A stretch of 64,000 nucleotides of DNA from an uncultured Maribacter sp. GTDB lineage: Bacteria; Bacteroidota; Bacteroidia; Flavobacteriales; Flavobacteriaceae. The notes under the pieces were generated by a model. The model did no database searches, was not told where the DNA came from, and saw only the letters and a list, made by a program, of their open reading frames with translations. How positions within the stretch are numbered: position 1 is the stretch's first letter; every line of letters begins with the position of its first letter. The position numbers were made by a program, and so were the translations under genes. The stretch lies in the NCBI GenBank assembly GCA_964432915.1, contig CAYSPL010000014.1, forward strand, positions 1,676-65,675. The letters are read 5' to 3'. Positions 1 through 10,399 of the stretch are shown here, piece by piece.

Positions 1-131
1 AGCTGTTCATTTAAAACATCAAGCATTTCCAAAAAAGACATATCACCTTCAACCCCGTTGATCGGATAGTTGACCATTTTCCCTTTTGACGTGGCATCGT
101 TTTGACGCCATATTTTAAGATTTAGTTTCAT
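1..131 (-). CDS. sdhB: Succinate dehydrogenase/fumarate reductase iron-sulfur subunit, 5' part (runs off window start)
   Basis: ATG at 131 just after the sdhA stop; manual translation MKLNLKIWRQNDATSKGKMVNYPINGVEGDMSFLEMLDVLNEQL is the typical SdhB N-terminus. Confidence 0.9.
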   Translation of the reverse strand, partial: MKLNLKIWRQNDATSKGKMVNYPINGVEGDMSFLEMLDVLNEQ

Positions 132-137
132 AGCTTT

Positions 138-2141
138 TTATTTGTATGAACGTGTCCTCAGTTCAATATTTTCATAGATGAGGTCTTCTTTGTGAAGAAC
201 CGCATCTTTCGGTTCACCTTTATATTCCCAAGCAGAGACGAATTTGAAGTTTTCATCATCACGCAGAGCTTCGCCTTCCGCGGTTTGGTATTCTTCCCTA
301 AAGTGACCGCCGCAAGATTCATTTCTGGTCAAAGCGTCTTTGGCGAACAATTCGCCCAATTCCAAAAAGTCAGCCACGCGACCAGCCTTTTCCAATTCTG
401 GGTTCATGCCATTTGCATTTCCTGGAACTTTAACGTTTTGCCAGAAATCGGCACGAAGCGCGGAAATCTCATCGATCGCTTCTTGTAGCTCCTTCGCGTT
501 TCTTGACATTCCACATTTGTTCCACATGATTTTACCCAATTTCTTGTGGTAATAATCAACCGAGTGATTGCCATTGGCACTCATCAATTTTTCAATGCGG
601 TCGGTAACATCTTTTTCAGCTGCGTCAAACTCTGGCGTATCTGTTGAAATGGTTCCTGTTCTGATATCGTTTGATAAATAGTCCCCAATGGTGTACGGCA
701 AAACAAAATAGCCATCAGCCAAACCTTGCATTAAAGCAGATGCACCAAGTCTGTTGGCACCATGGTCGCTGAAATTGGCTTCCCCAGCGGCATAACATCC
801 TTCAATGGTGGTTTGTAGGTTGTAATCTACCCAAAGACCTCCCATGGTATAATGCACTGCCGGATAAATCATCATTGGAGTCTTATACGGATTCTCATCA
901 ACGATTTTCTCGTACATCTGAAACAAGTTTCCGTATTTGGTCTCGATGACTTCCTCTCCAAGTCTGCGAATGGTTTTATCATCGGCATCTTTCATACCCG
1001 ACGTCAATGCTTTTTCTTTTCCGTAGCGCATAATGGCAGAATCAAAATCCAGATAAACTGCTTCCCCTGTTTTATTCACTCCAAAACCAGCATCACATCG
1101 CTCTTTTGCAGCTCTGGAAGCCACATCACGCGGCACTAAATTTCCGAAAGCCGGATATCTTCTCTCCAAATAATAATCCCTTTCCTCTTCGGCTAATTGC
1201 GTGGGTTTTAATTTGCCTTCCCGTATTGCCTGAACATCTTCAATTCTTTTGGGCACCCAAATGCGACCATCATTTCGCAAAGATTCCGACATCAAAGTCA
1301 GTTTTGATTGATGGTCACCGGAAACCGGAATACAAGTTGGGTGAATTTGTGTGTAGCATGGGTTGGCAAAATGGGCTCCTCTTCTGTGCGCTCGCCAGGC
1401 CGCCATTACATTACTGCCCATGGCATTGGTCGAAAGAAAGAAAACATTGCCGTAACCACCAGTTGCCAAAACAACGGCATGGGCGGCATGGCGTTCTATT
1501 TCCCCGGTAACCAAATTTCTTGCGATGATTCCTCTTGCCTTGCCATCGATTTTGACCAAATCCAACATTTCGTGGCGGTTAAAGGGTTGAATCTTTCCGC
1601 GGTTGATTTGACGGTTCATTGCCGAGTAGGCACCGAGCAATAGTTGCTGTCCTGTTTGACCTTTGGCGTAGAAAGTTCTTGAAACTAAAACACCACCAAA
1701 AGAGCGGTTGTCCAACAGACCACCATATTCTCTTGCAAATGGTACTCCTTGGGCGACACACTGGTCAATGATGTTTCCTGAAACTTCTGCCAAACGATAT
1801 ACATTGGCTTCCCGTGAACGGTAGTCACCCCCTTTTATGGTGTCGTAAAAGAGACGGTAATTGCTATCACCATCGCCTTGGTAATTTTTTGCGGCATTGA
1901 TTCCGCCTTGAGCTGCAATTGAATGTGCTCTTCTTGGTGAATCTTGATAACAAAAGGTTTTTACATTGTAACCCAATTCAGCTAAAGTGGCCGCAGCTGC
2001 CCCTCCAGCTAAACCAGTGCCAACAACAATAATATCGATGTTACGCTTGTTTGCCGGATTGACAAGGTTTATTTTATTCTTATGGTTGGTCCATTTATCG
2101 GCCAATGGCCCTTTAGGAACTTTCGAATCCAATATGCCCAT
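138..2141 (-). CDS. sdhA: Succinate dehydrogenase/fumarate reductase flavoprotein subunit
   Basis: 667 aa; FAD-binding [23 protein letters not shown] (covalent FAD His), QIHPT, HYTMGGL and [11 protein letters not shown] motifs. Confidence 0.97.
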   Translation of the reverse strand: MGILDSKVPKGPLADKWTNHKNKINLVNPANKRNIDIIVVGTGLAGGAAAATLAELGYNVKTFCYQDSPRRAHSIAAQGGINAAKNYQGDGDSNYRLFYDTIKGGDYRSREANVYRLAEVSGNIIDQCVAQGVPFAREYGGLLDNRSFGGVLVSRTFYAKGQTGQQLLLGAYSAMNRQINRGKIQPFNRHEMLDLVKIDGKARGIIARNLVTGEIERHAAHAVVLATGGYGNVFFLSTNAMGSNVMAAWRAHRRGAHFANPCYTQIHPTCIPVSGDHQSKLTLMSESLRNDGRIWVPKRIEDVQAIREGKLKPTQLAEEERDYYLERRYPAFGNLVPRDVASRAAKERCDAGFGVNKTGEAVYLDFDSAIMRYGKEKALTSGMKDADDKTIRRLGEEVIETKYGNLFQMYEKIVDENPYKTPMMIYPAVHYTMGGLWVDYNLQTTIEGCYAAGEANFSDHGANRLGASALMQGLADGYFVLPYTIGDYLSNDIRTGTISTDTPEFDAAEKDVTDRIEKLMSANGNHSVDYYHKKLGKIMWNKCGMSRNAKELQEAIDEISALRADFWQNVKVPGNANGMNPELEKAGRVADFLELGELFAKDALTRNESCGGHFREEYQTAEGEALRDDENFKFVSAWEYKGEPKDAVLHKEDLIYENIELRTRSYK

Positions 2142-2143
2142 AC

Positions 2144-2812
2144 TTATTCTGTTATTGGGTTAAAGTGATGCCAGAGTGCAATGACTATAAAGCCTAAGGG
2201 AATTGCAATGGCATATATCTTTGTAAACGTTTTGATCGCTGGGGTGTATTTGTTGTTGAACCCCATACTTTGAAAAGAAGAGGCAAAGCCATGCAAAAGG
2301 TGCATTGCCAATAAAACAAAAGAAATCACATATAAAACGGTGCGCCACATGGGCTCGAACTTATGAACTGTTTCCGCATAATATCTTGTTGGGTCTTCAG
2401 GTTTTGCACTGACATATTTGTAGTCCATTTCATGAACCCAGAAATCATAAAAATGAAGGGCAAGAAAGGCCAGAACCACAAGACCGGTAACAATCATGTT
2501 TCTTGAGATCCATGATGCATTCGCACTTCCCTTGTAACTGGCATATTTAGTTCCTCGTGCACTGTTATTCTTTAGTTCAAGTGCAATACCCATCACAAAA
2601 TGCACGATCACCCCTGCAATTAGAATAGGTTGCAATACATACTGAACCACAGGATTGTAGCCCATAAAGTGCGACCAAGAATTAAAAGTATCAGGGGCTA
2701 TTACCGAAGTGAAATTGATCACAAAATGTTGCCCAAGAAAAAAGACCAAGAAAAGACCTGATAAGGCCATGATTACTTTTAGGGCTATTGAAGATTTTAT
2801 CAATCCGCTCAT
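2144..2812 (-). CDS. sdhC: Succinate dehydrogenase cytochrome b subunit
   Basis: Multi-TM protein with His heme ligands, first gene of sdhCAB; start moved to ATG 2812 because the GTG at 2833 overlaps the promoter box. Confidence 0.93.
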   Translation of the reverse strand: MSGLIKSSIALKVIMALSGLFLVFFLGQHFVINFTSVIAPDTFNSWSHFMGYNPVVQYVLQPILIAGVIVHFVMGIALELKNNSARGTKYASYKGSANASWISRNMIVTGLVVLAFLALHFYDFWVHEMDYKYVSAKPEDPTRYYAETVHKFEPMWRTVLYVISFVLLAMHLLHGFASSFQSMGFNNKYTPAIKTFTKIYAIAIPLGFIVIALWHHFNPITE

Positions 2813-2832
2813 TTGTTGTTGATTTAGCTTCA

Positions 2833-2840
2833 CAAATTTA
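2833..2840 (-). promoter_or_regulatory. Bacteroidota sigma70 -7 box (TAAATTTG) of sdhCAB
   Basis: Matches TAnnTTTG about 20 nt upstream of the sdhC ATG. Confidence 0.7.
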
Positions 2841-2885
2841 GTGCACGGTCAAGTCATTAACAAACTTTACAGGGCTTTAGTATGC

Positions 2886-2906
2886 TATTTGGAAGAAATC
2901 TAAAAA
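2886..2906. promoter_or_regulatory. Candidate Fur-type palindromic operator upstream of sdhCAB
   Basis: TATTTGGAAGAAATCTAAAAA, 3 mismatches to the TATTTAGAA-N3-TTCTAAATA palindrome at 42277-42297. Confidence 0.45.
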
Positions 2907-3060
2907 GCGTTTAGATCATGTTTAACATATATCGTTAAAACAGTTAAAAACAAGATTATTCCTTAAACATGATTCGAGAAAATTTACATGCCATTTTCAC
3001 TCGGATAGGTTTTTTTGCCCGATATTTAAGGCCAATTTGAATCTTGAATAAACACTAACC

Positions 3061-3951
3061 ATGAACATCGGACTCTTATCGGTAAGCATGAATGTCTATT
3101 CCACCAAAAGAATAGCCGAAGAAGCCGACAAATTAGGTCATTTCATTGAACAAATCGATCATACAAAGTGCGTGGTCAAATTAGGCAAAAACAAACCCCA
3201 GATATTTTACCATGGGGAAAACATTACCAATGACTTTGATGCAATCATACCGAGAATAGGTACTAAAGTAACGCGACATGGAGCAGCAATAGTGAAGCAA
3301 TTTGAGATGAACGGCGTTTTCAGTACGGCTCGTTCATTAAGCATTACAAGAGCACGCAACAAGATCAGAACACTTCAAATAATGGAGCGAAAAGGAATAC
3401 CCATTCCTGAAACGCTATTCGCCATCAACCCTGATAATATTAAAGAACAGATTGAGATTTTAGGGGGTGCCCCGGTCATCATTAAACTTCAAGAGGGTAC
3501 ACAAGGGTTGGGTGTGATTTTGGCCGAGACGAAAAAGTCGGCAAAATCAATTATAGATACCTTTTACAAAATGGACACCAGTGTATTGATGCAAGAATAT
3601 ATAGAAGAATCAAATGGCGAAGACATCCGCATTTTTGTGGTTGGCAATAAAATTGTGGCGAGTATGAAGCGCAGCAGTGAGGCCGGTGAATTTCGCTCAA
3701 ATGTGCACCGTGGCGGTGCCACTGAGGCAATCAAGCCCACGCAGAAAGAAAGGCATATTGCACTAAGTGCAACAAAACACCTGGGTCTGGGTGTGGCCGG
3801 TGTAGATTTGATAAGATCTAAAAAGGGACCATTGTTAATTGAAGTGAATGCCTCTCCGGGCTTGCAGGGCATTGAGGGTGCAACGGGCGTAAACATTGCA
3901 AGGGAAATCATATTATACGTAGAAAGAAATGGGCGGCGAAGAAGAAAATAG
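3061..3951 (+). CDS. rimK: RimK family ATP-grasp alpha-L-glutamate ligase
   Basis: 296 aa; IIPRIG, GTQGLGV, GEDIRIFVVG, FRSNVHRGG, GVDL and IEVNASPGL motifs. Confidence 0.92.
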   Translation: MNIGLLSVSMNVYSTKRIAEEADKLGHFIEQIDHTKCVVKLGKNKPQIFYHGENITNDFDAIIPRIGTKVTRHGAAIVKQFEMNGVFSTARSLSITRARNKIRTLQIMERKGIPIPETLFAINPDNIKEQIEILGGAPVIIKLQEGTQGLGVILAETKKSAKSIIDTFYKMDTSVLMQEYIEESNGEDIRIFVVGNKIVASMKRSSEAGEFRSNVHRGGATEAIKPTQKERHIALSATKHLGLGVAGVDLIRSKKGPLLIEVNASPGLQGIEGATGVNIAREIILYVERNGRRRRK

Positions 3952-4900
3952 AGACATTGTAATTGGTGGCAAAACCGTTTCTCCAGGAGAAGACAAATTA
4001 CTGAAAATCAACATTGACAGGCTTCCTACGGGCACGTTGATTGATATACCGATATATGTTTTCAACTCTAAAAAACCGGGACCAACCATTTTGGTTCAGG
4101 CAGGATTGCACGGTGATGAAATCAACGGTATTGAAATCGTGCGGAGAATGTTGGCTGAAAAGCGCTTCAATGTTGAAAAAGGTGCGATAATCGCGGTGCC
4201 GATCCTCAATATATTCGGATTTATACATTTTTCGCGGGATGTACCTGACGGAAAGGATGTAAATAGGAGTTTTCCAGGCACCAAATCGGGTTCAATGGCC
4301 AGTAGGATAGCATATCATTATGTGTCTGAAATCATGCACCAAATTGATTATGGTATCGATTTACATACCGGTGGGGGTCAACGGAACAATTACCCCCAAA
4401 TTCGTTATACCCTGGAAGATTCTAAGAGTGCTGAACTTGCACGGGTGTTTAATGCACCTATTTCATTTTCTTCCAAATTGATAAAGGGTTCTTTTAGAAA
4501 TGCCGCTTTCAGATTGAATAAACCCACGGTGGTTTATGAAGCGGGTGAAAGTATGCGCTTTGATGACTATTGTATCTTGGAGGGCATTAAGGGTATTTTG
4601 AATGTTTTAAGGTATTTCGGAATGATTTCAAAAGATGAGCCCGAATATTTGGAACGGAACAAATCAGTTCATCTTGAAAGGAGGCGATGGCTTCGAGCTC
4701 CAACCGCAGGAATGTTCATACCTGAGATTACCAATGGCAGTGAAATCAAAAAAGGGCAAGAAATGGGTATGATCACCGATACTTATGCCAAAAGAATCAA
4801 AACCATAAAGGCACCCTTTGACGGATATGTGTTTTGCATCAACCACCAAGCCGTGGTCAATCAAGGGGAAGCCCTTTTTCATGTGGGAAAGCAGAACTAA
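3929..4900 (+). CDS. Succinylglutamate desuccinylase/aspartoacylase (M14-like) family protein
   Basis: 323 aa; AGLHGDEING zinc motif, DVNRSFPG, IDLHTGG, YEAGE; overlaps rimK stop. Confidence 0.9.
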   Translation: MGGEEENRDIVIGGKTVSPGEDKLLKINIDRLPTGTLIDIPIYVFNSKKPGPTILVQAGLHGDEINGIEIVRRMLAEKRFNVEKGAIIAVPILNIFGFIHFSRDVPDGKDVNRSFPGTKSGSMASRIAYHYVSEIMHQIDYGIDLHTGGGQRNNYPQIRYTLEDSKSAELARVFNAPISFSSKLIKGSFRNAAFRLNKPTVVYEAGESMRFDDYCILEGIKGILNVLRYFGMISKDEPEYLERNKSVHLERRRWLRAPTAGMFIPEITNGSEIKKGQEMGMITDTYAKRIKTIKAPFDGYVFCINHQAVVNQGEALFHVGKQN

Positions 4901-4929
4901 TCTATTTTTTAGCACATAATTTCACAAAT

Positions 4930-5418
4930 TCAGGATTTCTTTTTTATTGGGATCCATACTTCCTCTTCAGAATCAGGACTATTGTTTTTATATTTTGTAC
5001 CAAGCACTTCAAAATGTGGTCTGTTATCCAAAACATATTCTGAATTGGGCAACCATTGCCCCATGATATAGTTCATGGTTCTCGGGAAGTCGCTGACCAA
5101 TCCCTTATGAACGAAAACCGCGTAAAGCCCCGATATCAATCTTTTCGAAACAAAACCAATAGGTATATTATTTAAATCGGCAACCTCTATGGCCGCCCAT
5201 TTTGTAAACTCTGTATTCGGGTTGAAATTAATGAAATAGGTATCGCTGTCATACTCTTGAACGGAATATAGATCGGTGCCAACAGTGTTTTGTATTACCT
5301 TTTTTTGGCGCATAAAACTTCCCCATAATTCTGGGGTTTTATTGTCGACCAAAGACATTCTCAATGATTTGCCAACCAATGTTTTCTCAGGTAAAAGTTC
5401 AATGCGTGCTTTCATCAT
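4930..5418 (-). CDS. GyrI-like small-molecule-binding domain protein
   Basis: 162 aa; GLYAVFVHKG, WLPNSEY, RPHFE, EEEVWIPI pattern. Confidence 0.85.
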   Translation of the reverse strand: MMKARIELLPEKTLVGKSLRMSLVDNKTPELWGSFMRQKKVIQNTVGTDLYSVQEYDSDTYFINFNPNTEFTKWAAIEVADLNNIPIGFVSKRLISGLYAVFVHKGLVSDFPRTMNYIMGQWLPNSEYVLDNRPHFEVLGTKYKNNSPDSEEEVWIPIKKKS

Positions 5419-8267
5419 TATTCAATGGAAAAAGTTGTTTTTTCCTTTTGACCATTCCCGTTGATTTCAATGAAATATTTTCCTTTGGGCAGATAGGTTT
5501 TACCGTCTTTGGCCGTTTTTAACTCGGTTTTATGTTTTTTAAGATAAGCTGATTTTCCTGCTTTTGAAAAGGCCATGTCATAGGATAAAATGTTGAGTCC
5601 TCGTATGGCATCAAGCGTTGTATTGCTTACGGTAATACCATCATCTGTTTTGATTTGTGCATCGATTTCGCCCGCTTTTGAACAATAAAAAGGAACATCC
5701 AAACCGGGGGTTTGAGGTTTTCCCCAAGTGCTCCATGAACTGCCCCAACGTTTTGAATGCTTCAAGTTCTTTAATTTGAAGACATGGAGGTCTTTTGCTA
5801 TCAACTCTGGGGTCATTTGCTGCAATTTTGATATGTCAGCTTTATAAATGCTGCGCCCATGGGTGCCTACCAAAAGATGTTTTGCCTCTTTTTGAATGAC
5901 CAGATCATGAACCGCCACATTCGGAATGCCATTTTGAAAAATTTCCCAAGAATCACCTTGATTAAAGGAAATATAGAGTCCGTTATCGGTGCCCACAAAT
6001 AAGAGATCCTCATTTTCAGGATCTTCAACAATCACGTTGACTGGTGAATCAGGAATTCCTTTAGAGATACTTTTCCAAGTTTTTCCATAGTCATCACTTT
6101 TATAGACGTAGGCTGTAAAATCATCCCATCGGTAGCCATTCAATGTGGTATAAACCCTTTCTTTTTTGTGTTTTGAGGCCGCAACCCGACTTACCCATAA
6201 ATCTTTTGGAAATGATCCAGAGAGGTTTGCCCAAGAACCTCCCCCGTTTTGCGAAACTTGAACCAGACCGTCATCACTACCGGTATAAAGCAAACCGAAC
6301 TTAAATGGGGACTCAGAAATGGTGGTGAGCGTTCCGTAGGCCACATTTCCTTTTTTGCCGCCTTGTGTCAAATCGAGCGAAATAGCTTCCCAATCATCTC
6401 CTTTGTTGAGAGACCGATGTAGTTTATTGCCTCCCAGATAGAGAATATCTTGATTGTGGGGCGATAGTAAAATCGGCGTTTGCCAGTTGAAACGGTACGG
6501 GGTCTCGCCCAACTCGTGTTTGGGCTGAATGTAGGTTCTTTTTCCGCTTTCTCTGTTGATTCGATAATAATTGCCAAACTGAAAACCGGTGTATATAATG
6601 TTGTGGTTTCGATAATCGATCTGAACTTGCATACCATCACCGCCCATGATTGATTTCCACGGATTTTGACCAGTCTGATGCCAACGGCTGTTCAAAGGAG
6701 AATTATGTGGCCCTGTCCACACCCCATTGTCTTGCAGGCCACCGTAGACGTGATAGGGTTCTTGATTGTCCACGTTTATGGCATAGAATTGACCTACCGA
6801 AGTAGAGTTCAATTTTGTCCAGTTCTTACCATCATCATAGGTCATGTTGAGTCCGCCATCATTGCCATTCAATAAGTGCCCGGGTCGCTTCGGGTTTACC
6901 CAAAGGGCTTGATGATCTGAATGCACATTGTCCCCACTGATTGAAACATAGGTTTTGCCAGCATCTTCCGATTTGATAATGGGCACCCCCTCAAGATATA
7001 TTTTATCTTTATTATTAGGGTCTACGCGTATTTCTCCAAAATAATAACCATAACTATAATAAAGGTCATCAATGTAATTTTCATTTTGTTTCTGCCAAGT
7101 TTTTCCACCGTCATCACTTCTGTATACTTCAGCACCTATAACGGGAGTGTCGAACAATTGTGAATTTGCATTTTCAAGGTATTTAGCCAAATCATTTGGT
7201 TTCACGGAACCACTACGAACCATTTGCCTCACATTGGTAGCCCGATATTTTTCTTGAAAGTTGTTGGTTTTCAGAAAAGCGTTCAATTTTTTATCACTGA
7301 GGTTGAGAAAGTCGTCCACGGTCATGCTTTTGAAATCATCTTTGGTCAAACTCGCCGTCTTCTTTTTGACTTCTTTCTTTTTCTCACGACGGAATTGACT
7401 ATCGTGCACGGCATAAACCGTGTTCTCATCAAAAACTGCGAGCCCGATCCGGCCCACACCATCTCCTGTGGGAAAACCACTTTCAGCAACAGAAACTTTG
7501 CTCCAAGCAGAGCCGCCATCAGTACTTTTATAGATTCCGGAAGCATTGCCACTTCCGTTGAAATCCCAGGCTTTTCGATCTTTTTGCCAAGAAGCAGCAT
7601 ACATGATATTGAAATTGTTGGGTGCATGTGCAATATCGATAATACCCGTTTCATCATTTATGTATAGCGTTTTTGTCCATGTTTCACCACCATCTACGGT
7701 TTTATACACTCCCCGCTCTTCATTTTTGGAATATAAATGACCTGTAGCGCCGACCACCACTTCATTTGGGTTGGAAGGATTGATAAGAATGGCCCCAATA
7801 TGATGTGAGTCATTAAGCCCCACATTGGTCCAGGTCGTACCCTTGTCAATGGATTTCAAAATACCGATTCCGGCATAAGAAGATCTTGAAGAGTTATTCT
7901 CCCCTGTTCCTACCCAAATAACACCCGAGTTCCAATCCACTGCTATTTGACCCACATTTTGGGTTTCTGAAGAATCCAAAACCGGAAGGAAGGAGGTGCC
8001 GTTATTGTTGGTGTACCAGAGTCCACCCGAGGCATAACCCACATAAAACTCAGTTGGGTCACCTGGGTTGACATCCACATCAACCACCCGCCCACTCATT
8101 ACGGTGGGGCCAATATTTTCAAATGCAATGTTCTTGACTAAAGAATTGGCTTCCATCTGTTTTTTCAGGGAAAAAGCCTCAGCTATGGTTTGGGCTGAGG
8201 TTGCTGATTGTTGAGTGTAACAAATGGATGAAATCAAAAATAGGGCTAGAAATGGATTCGTTTTCAT
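5418..8267 (-). CDS. Secreted BNR/Asp-box (VPS10-like) beta-propeller glycosyl hydrolase-like protein
   Basis: 949 aa; signal peptide, NIGPTVMSGRV, many S/T-x-D-x-G-x-T/S-W Asp-box repeats. Confidence 0.85.
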   Translation of the reverse strand: MKTNPFLALFLISSICYTQQSATSAQTIAEAFSLKKQMEANSLVKNIAFENIGPTVMSGRVVDVDVNPGDPTEFYVGYASGGLWYTNNNGTSFLPVLDSSETQNVGQIAVDWNSGVIWVGTGENNSSRSSYAGIGILKSIDKGTTWTNVGLNDSHHIGAILINPSNPNEVVVGATGHLYSKNEERGVYKTVDGGETWTKTLYINDETGIIDIAHAPNNFNIMYAASWQKDRKAWDFNGSGNASGIYKSTDGGSAWSKVSVAESGFPTGDGVGRIGLAVFDENTVYAVHDSQFRREKKKEVKKKTASLTKDDFKSMTVDDFLNLSDKKLNAFLKTNNFQEKYRATNVRQMVRSGSVKPNDLAKYLENANSQLFDTPVIGAEVYRSDDGGKTWQKQNENYIDDLYYSYGYYFGEIRVDPNNKDKIYLEGVPIIKSEDAGKTYVSISGDNVHSDHQALWVNPKRPGHLLNGNDGGLNMTYDDGKNWTKLNSTSVGQFYAINVDNQEPYHVYGGLQDNGVWTGPHNSPLNSRWHQTGQNPWKSIMGGDGMQVQIDYRNHNIIYTGFQFGNYYRINRESGKRTYIQPKHELGETPYRFNWQTPILLSPHNQDILYLGGNKLHRSLNKGDDWEAISLDLTQGGKKGNVAYGTLTTISESPFKFGLLYTGSDDGLVQVSQNGGGSWANLSGSFPKDLWVSRVAASKHKKERVYTTLNGYRWDDFTAYVYKSDDYGKTWKSISKGIPDSPVNVIVEDPENEDLLFVGTDNGLYISFNQGDSWEIFQNGIPNVAVHDLVIQKEAKHLLVGTHGRSIYKADISKLQQMTPELIAKDLHVFKLKNLKHSKRWGSSWSTWGKPQTPGLDVPFYCSKAGEIDAQIKTDDGITVSNTTLDAIRGLNILSYDMAFSKAGKSAYLKKHKTELKTAKDGKTYLPKGKYFIEINGNGQKEKTTFSIE

Positions 8268-8459
8268 AATAAAATATTGTTAGTCAGCAGAAAGGTAATG
8301 AAACTTGACTGAATTCTCTTGAAAAGCCCGTGAATAAGGAGGCTCTGTGTATTAGTTTCAAACATTTACATGTTAAATTGACAATTTATACCTATCTAAA
8401 TTGGTAATCTCTTTAAATTTTTGTTAATTTATTTTATATAACCAACTAAATTTTAAGAA

Positions 8460-8774
8460 ATGGAAGAGTATTTACCATTAATCATTCAATTAGTTACGGG
8501 TGCCTTAGGAGGTAACGTAGCTGGAAAATTGTTAAAGAATTTATCTCTTGGAACTGCTGGAAATAGTATTGCAGGTATCTTAGGAGGTGGTATAGGAGGA
8601 AAACTTCTAGGAATGTTAGGCATGGGTGCTGGTGCTGATGGTGCGATGGAAGCGGCAGAAGCTGCAAGTAGCATGGACATGTCAAGCATTCTAGGCAGCG
8701 TTGCCGGCGGTGGTGTCGGTGGTGGTGTTTTAATGGCCATTGTAGGAGCCATCAAAAATGCAATGTCAAAATAA
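8460..8774 (+). CDS. Small glycine-rich membrane protein (GlsB/YeaQ/YmgE-like glycine zipper)
   Basis: 104 aa; GALGGNVAG and GILGGGIGG GxxxG repeats; followed by a terminator. Confidence 0.7.
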   Translation: MEEYLPLIIQLVTGALGGNVAGKLLKNLSLGTAGNSIAGILGGGIGGKLLGMLGMGAGADGAMEAAEAASSMDMSSILGSVAGGGVGGGVLMAIVGAIKNAMSK

Positions 8775-8796
8775 GTTAATTAACCAACTTAAACTT

Positions 8797-8825
8797 AAAA
8801 AGAGGCTTTTCGGGGCCTCTTTTTT
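8797..8825. terminator. Intrinsic terminator (bidirectional-type)
   Basis: AAAAAGAGGC-TT-TTCG-GG-GCCTCTTTTTT hairpin with A and T tails just after the stop at 8774. Confidence 0.9.
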
Positions 8826-8931
8826 ATTGTAATAGTACCAGACGATTATTCGTCACGACAAAACAATTCCTAAGGAATATGGAAGGTCTAAGGACTGACT
8901 TTTTCCTATTTTTGAACAAAGTAATCTTGAA

Positions 8932-10230
8932 ATGAAGTATACTCCAATATCCAATCAATTATTTAAAAAGAATCGAAAGAAGTTCATGGCGAAAATGCAG
9001 CCAAAGAGCATCGCCGTTTTTAATTCAAATGATATTTACCCCATTGGCGCTGATAGTATCATGCCTTTTGAACAACATCGAGATATTTTTTATCTGAGTG
9101 GAGCGGATCAAGAAGAGACCATTTTGGTTTTATTTCCTGATTCGATGAGCAAGAAACACAGAGAAGTACTTTTTGTAAGAGAGACCAATAAACACATCGC
9201 CATCTGGGAAGGTGCAAAATTGACCAAAGAACAGGCCACCAGTGTGTCAGGCATAGAAACCATCTGTTGGTTATCTGATTTTGACAAAGTCTTTTTTGAT
9301 TTAATGACCGAGGCTGAGACCATTTACTTCAATACCAATGAACATTACCGTCAAGCCGTAGAAACGCAAACACGCGAGGACCGTTTCATTCTAGATTGCA
9401 AACGGAAATTTCCGGCACATCGCGTTGCAAAGAGCTTTCCTATTCTTCAAGAAATTCGTGGGGTAAAAGAAGCAGAGGAAATTGCCTTGATGCAAACCGC
9501 ATGCGACATTACCGAAAAAGGTTTTCGAAGGTTGTTGGGCTTTATCAAACCTGGGGTTTGGGAGTATGAAATTGAGGCCGAACTTTTGCATGAATTTATT
9601 CGTAATAGATCAAAAGGGTTTGCGTATACCCCAATAATTGCCTCAGGAAATAATGCCAATGTGCTTCATTATATCGAAAACAATCAGCGCTGTCAAGATG
9701 GCGATATGATTTTGATGGATGTTGCTGCCGAGTACGCCAACTACTCCAGTGATTTAACGCGAACCTTGCCCGTCAACGGAAAGTTTACGCAAAGGCAAAA
9801 AGATGTTTACAACGCCGTTTTAAGAGTAAAAAACGAAGCTACGAAACTATTGGTACCTGACACCCTTTGGGTAGAGTTCCATAAAGAATGCGGAAAAATA
9901 ATGACTTCTGAATTATTGGGCCTCGGCCTTCTTGACAAAGCAGATGTTCAAAACGAAGACCCTTCATGGCCGGCGTATAAAAAATATTTTATGCATGGCA
10001 CTAGTCATCATATTGGGTTGAACACCCATGATTATGGCGAACTGAAAACACCCATGAAAGCCAATATGGTTTTTACCGTTGAACCGGGCATTTACATACC
10101 TGAAGAGAAAATGGGCATCAGGCTTGAAGATGATGTGGTAATTCAAGAAAAGGGCGCCCCATTTAATCTGATGGAAAATATTCCGATTGAGGTTGAGGAG
10201 ATTGAAGATTTGATGAATGCCCCATCCTAA
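8932..10230 (+). CDS. pepP: Xaa-Pro aminopeptidase (aminopeptidase P, M24B)
   Basis: 432 aa; DVAAEYANYSSDLTRT, HGTSHHIG, TVEPGIY, GIRLEDD metal-binding motifs; TATTTTTG box at 8907-8914. Confidence 0.92.
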   Translation: MKYTPISNQLFKKNRKKFMAKMQPKSIAVFNSNDIYPIGADSIMPFEQHRDIFYLSGADQEETILVLFPDSMSKKHREVLFVRETNKHIAIWEGAKLTKEQATSVSGIETICWLSDFDKVFFDLMTEAETIYFNTNEHYRQAVETQTREDRFILDCKRKFPAHRVAKSFPILQEIRGVKEAEEIALMQTACDITEKGFRRLLGFIKPGVWEYEIEAELLHEFIRNRSKGFAYTPIIASGNNANVLHYIENNQRCQDGDMILMDVAAEYANYSSDLTRTLPVNGKFTQRQKDVYNAVLRVKNEATKLLVPDTLWVEFHKECGKIMTSELLGLGLLDKADVQNEDPSWPAYKKYFMHGTSHHIGLNTHDYGELKTPMKANMVFTVEPGIYIPEEKMGIRLEDDVVIQEKGAPFNLMENIPIEVEEIEDLMNAPS

Positions 10231-10250
10231 CCTTCCCTAAAGGGAAAGGA
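10220..10250. repeat. Short palindromic repeat (GCCCCATCCTAACC plus TTCCCT-AA-AGGGAA hairpin) overlapping the pepP stop
   Basis: GC-rich hairpin in AT-rich context; loosely resembles the inverse of the large repeat 30 bp downstream. Confidence 0.5.
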
Positions 10251-10277
10251 ATTCTAACAAATAATTGTAAAAATGAA

Positions 10278-10340
10278 AAAGCTCCTCCCCTTGGTTAAGG
10301 GGAGGTGGCTCCGCCTTTTGGCGGAGACGGAGGGGATGGT
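10278..10340 (+). repeat. 63-bp double-hairpin REP-like repeat, copy 1
   Basis: Identical to 11215-11277; hairpins CCTCCCCTT-GGTT-AAGGGGAGG and CTCCGCC-TTTT-GGCGGAG. Confidence 0.95.
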
Positions 10341-10399
10341 TTCATTGGGGAATAGCTTTTATTTGTTTAAGCACTTAAAAATCAGAATCTGTATTATAA

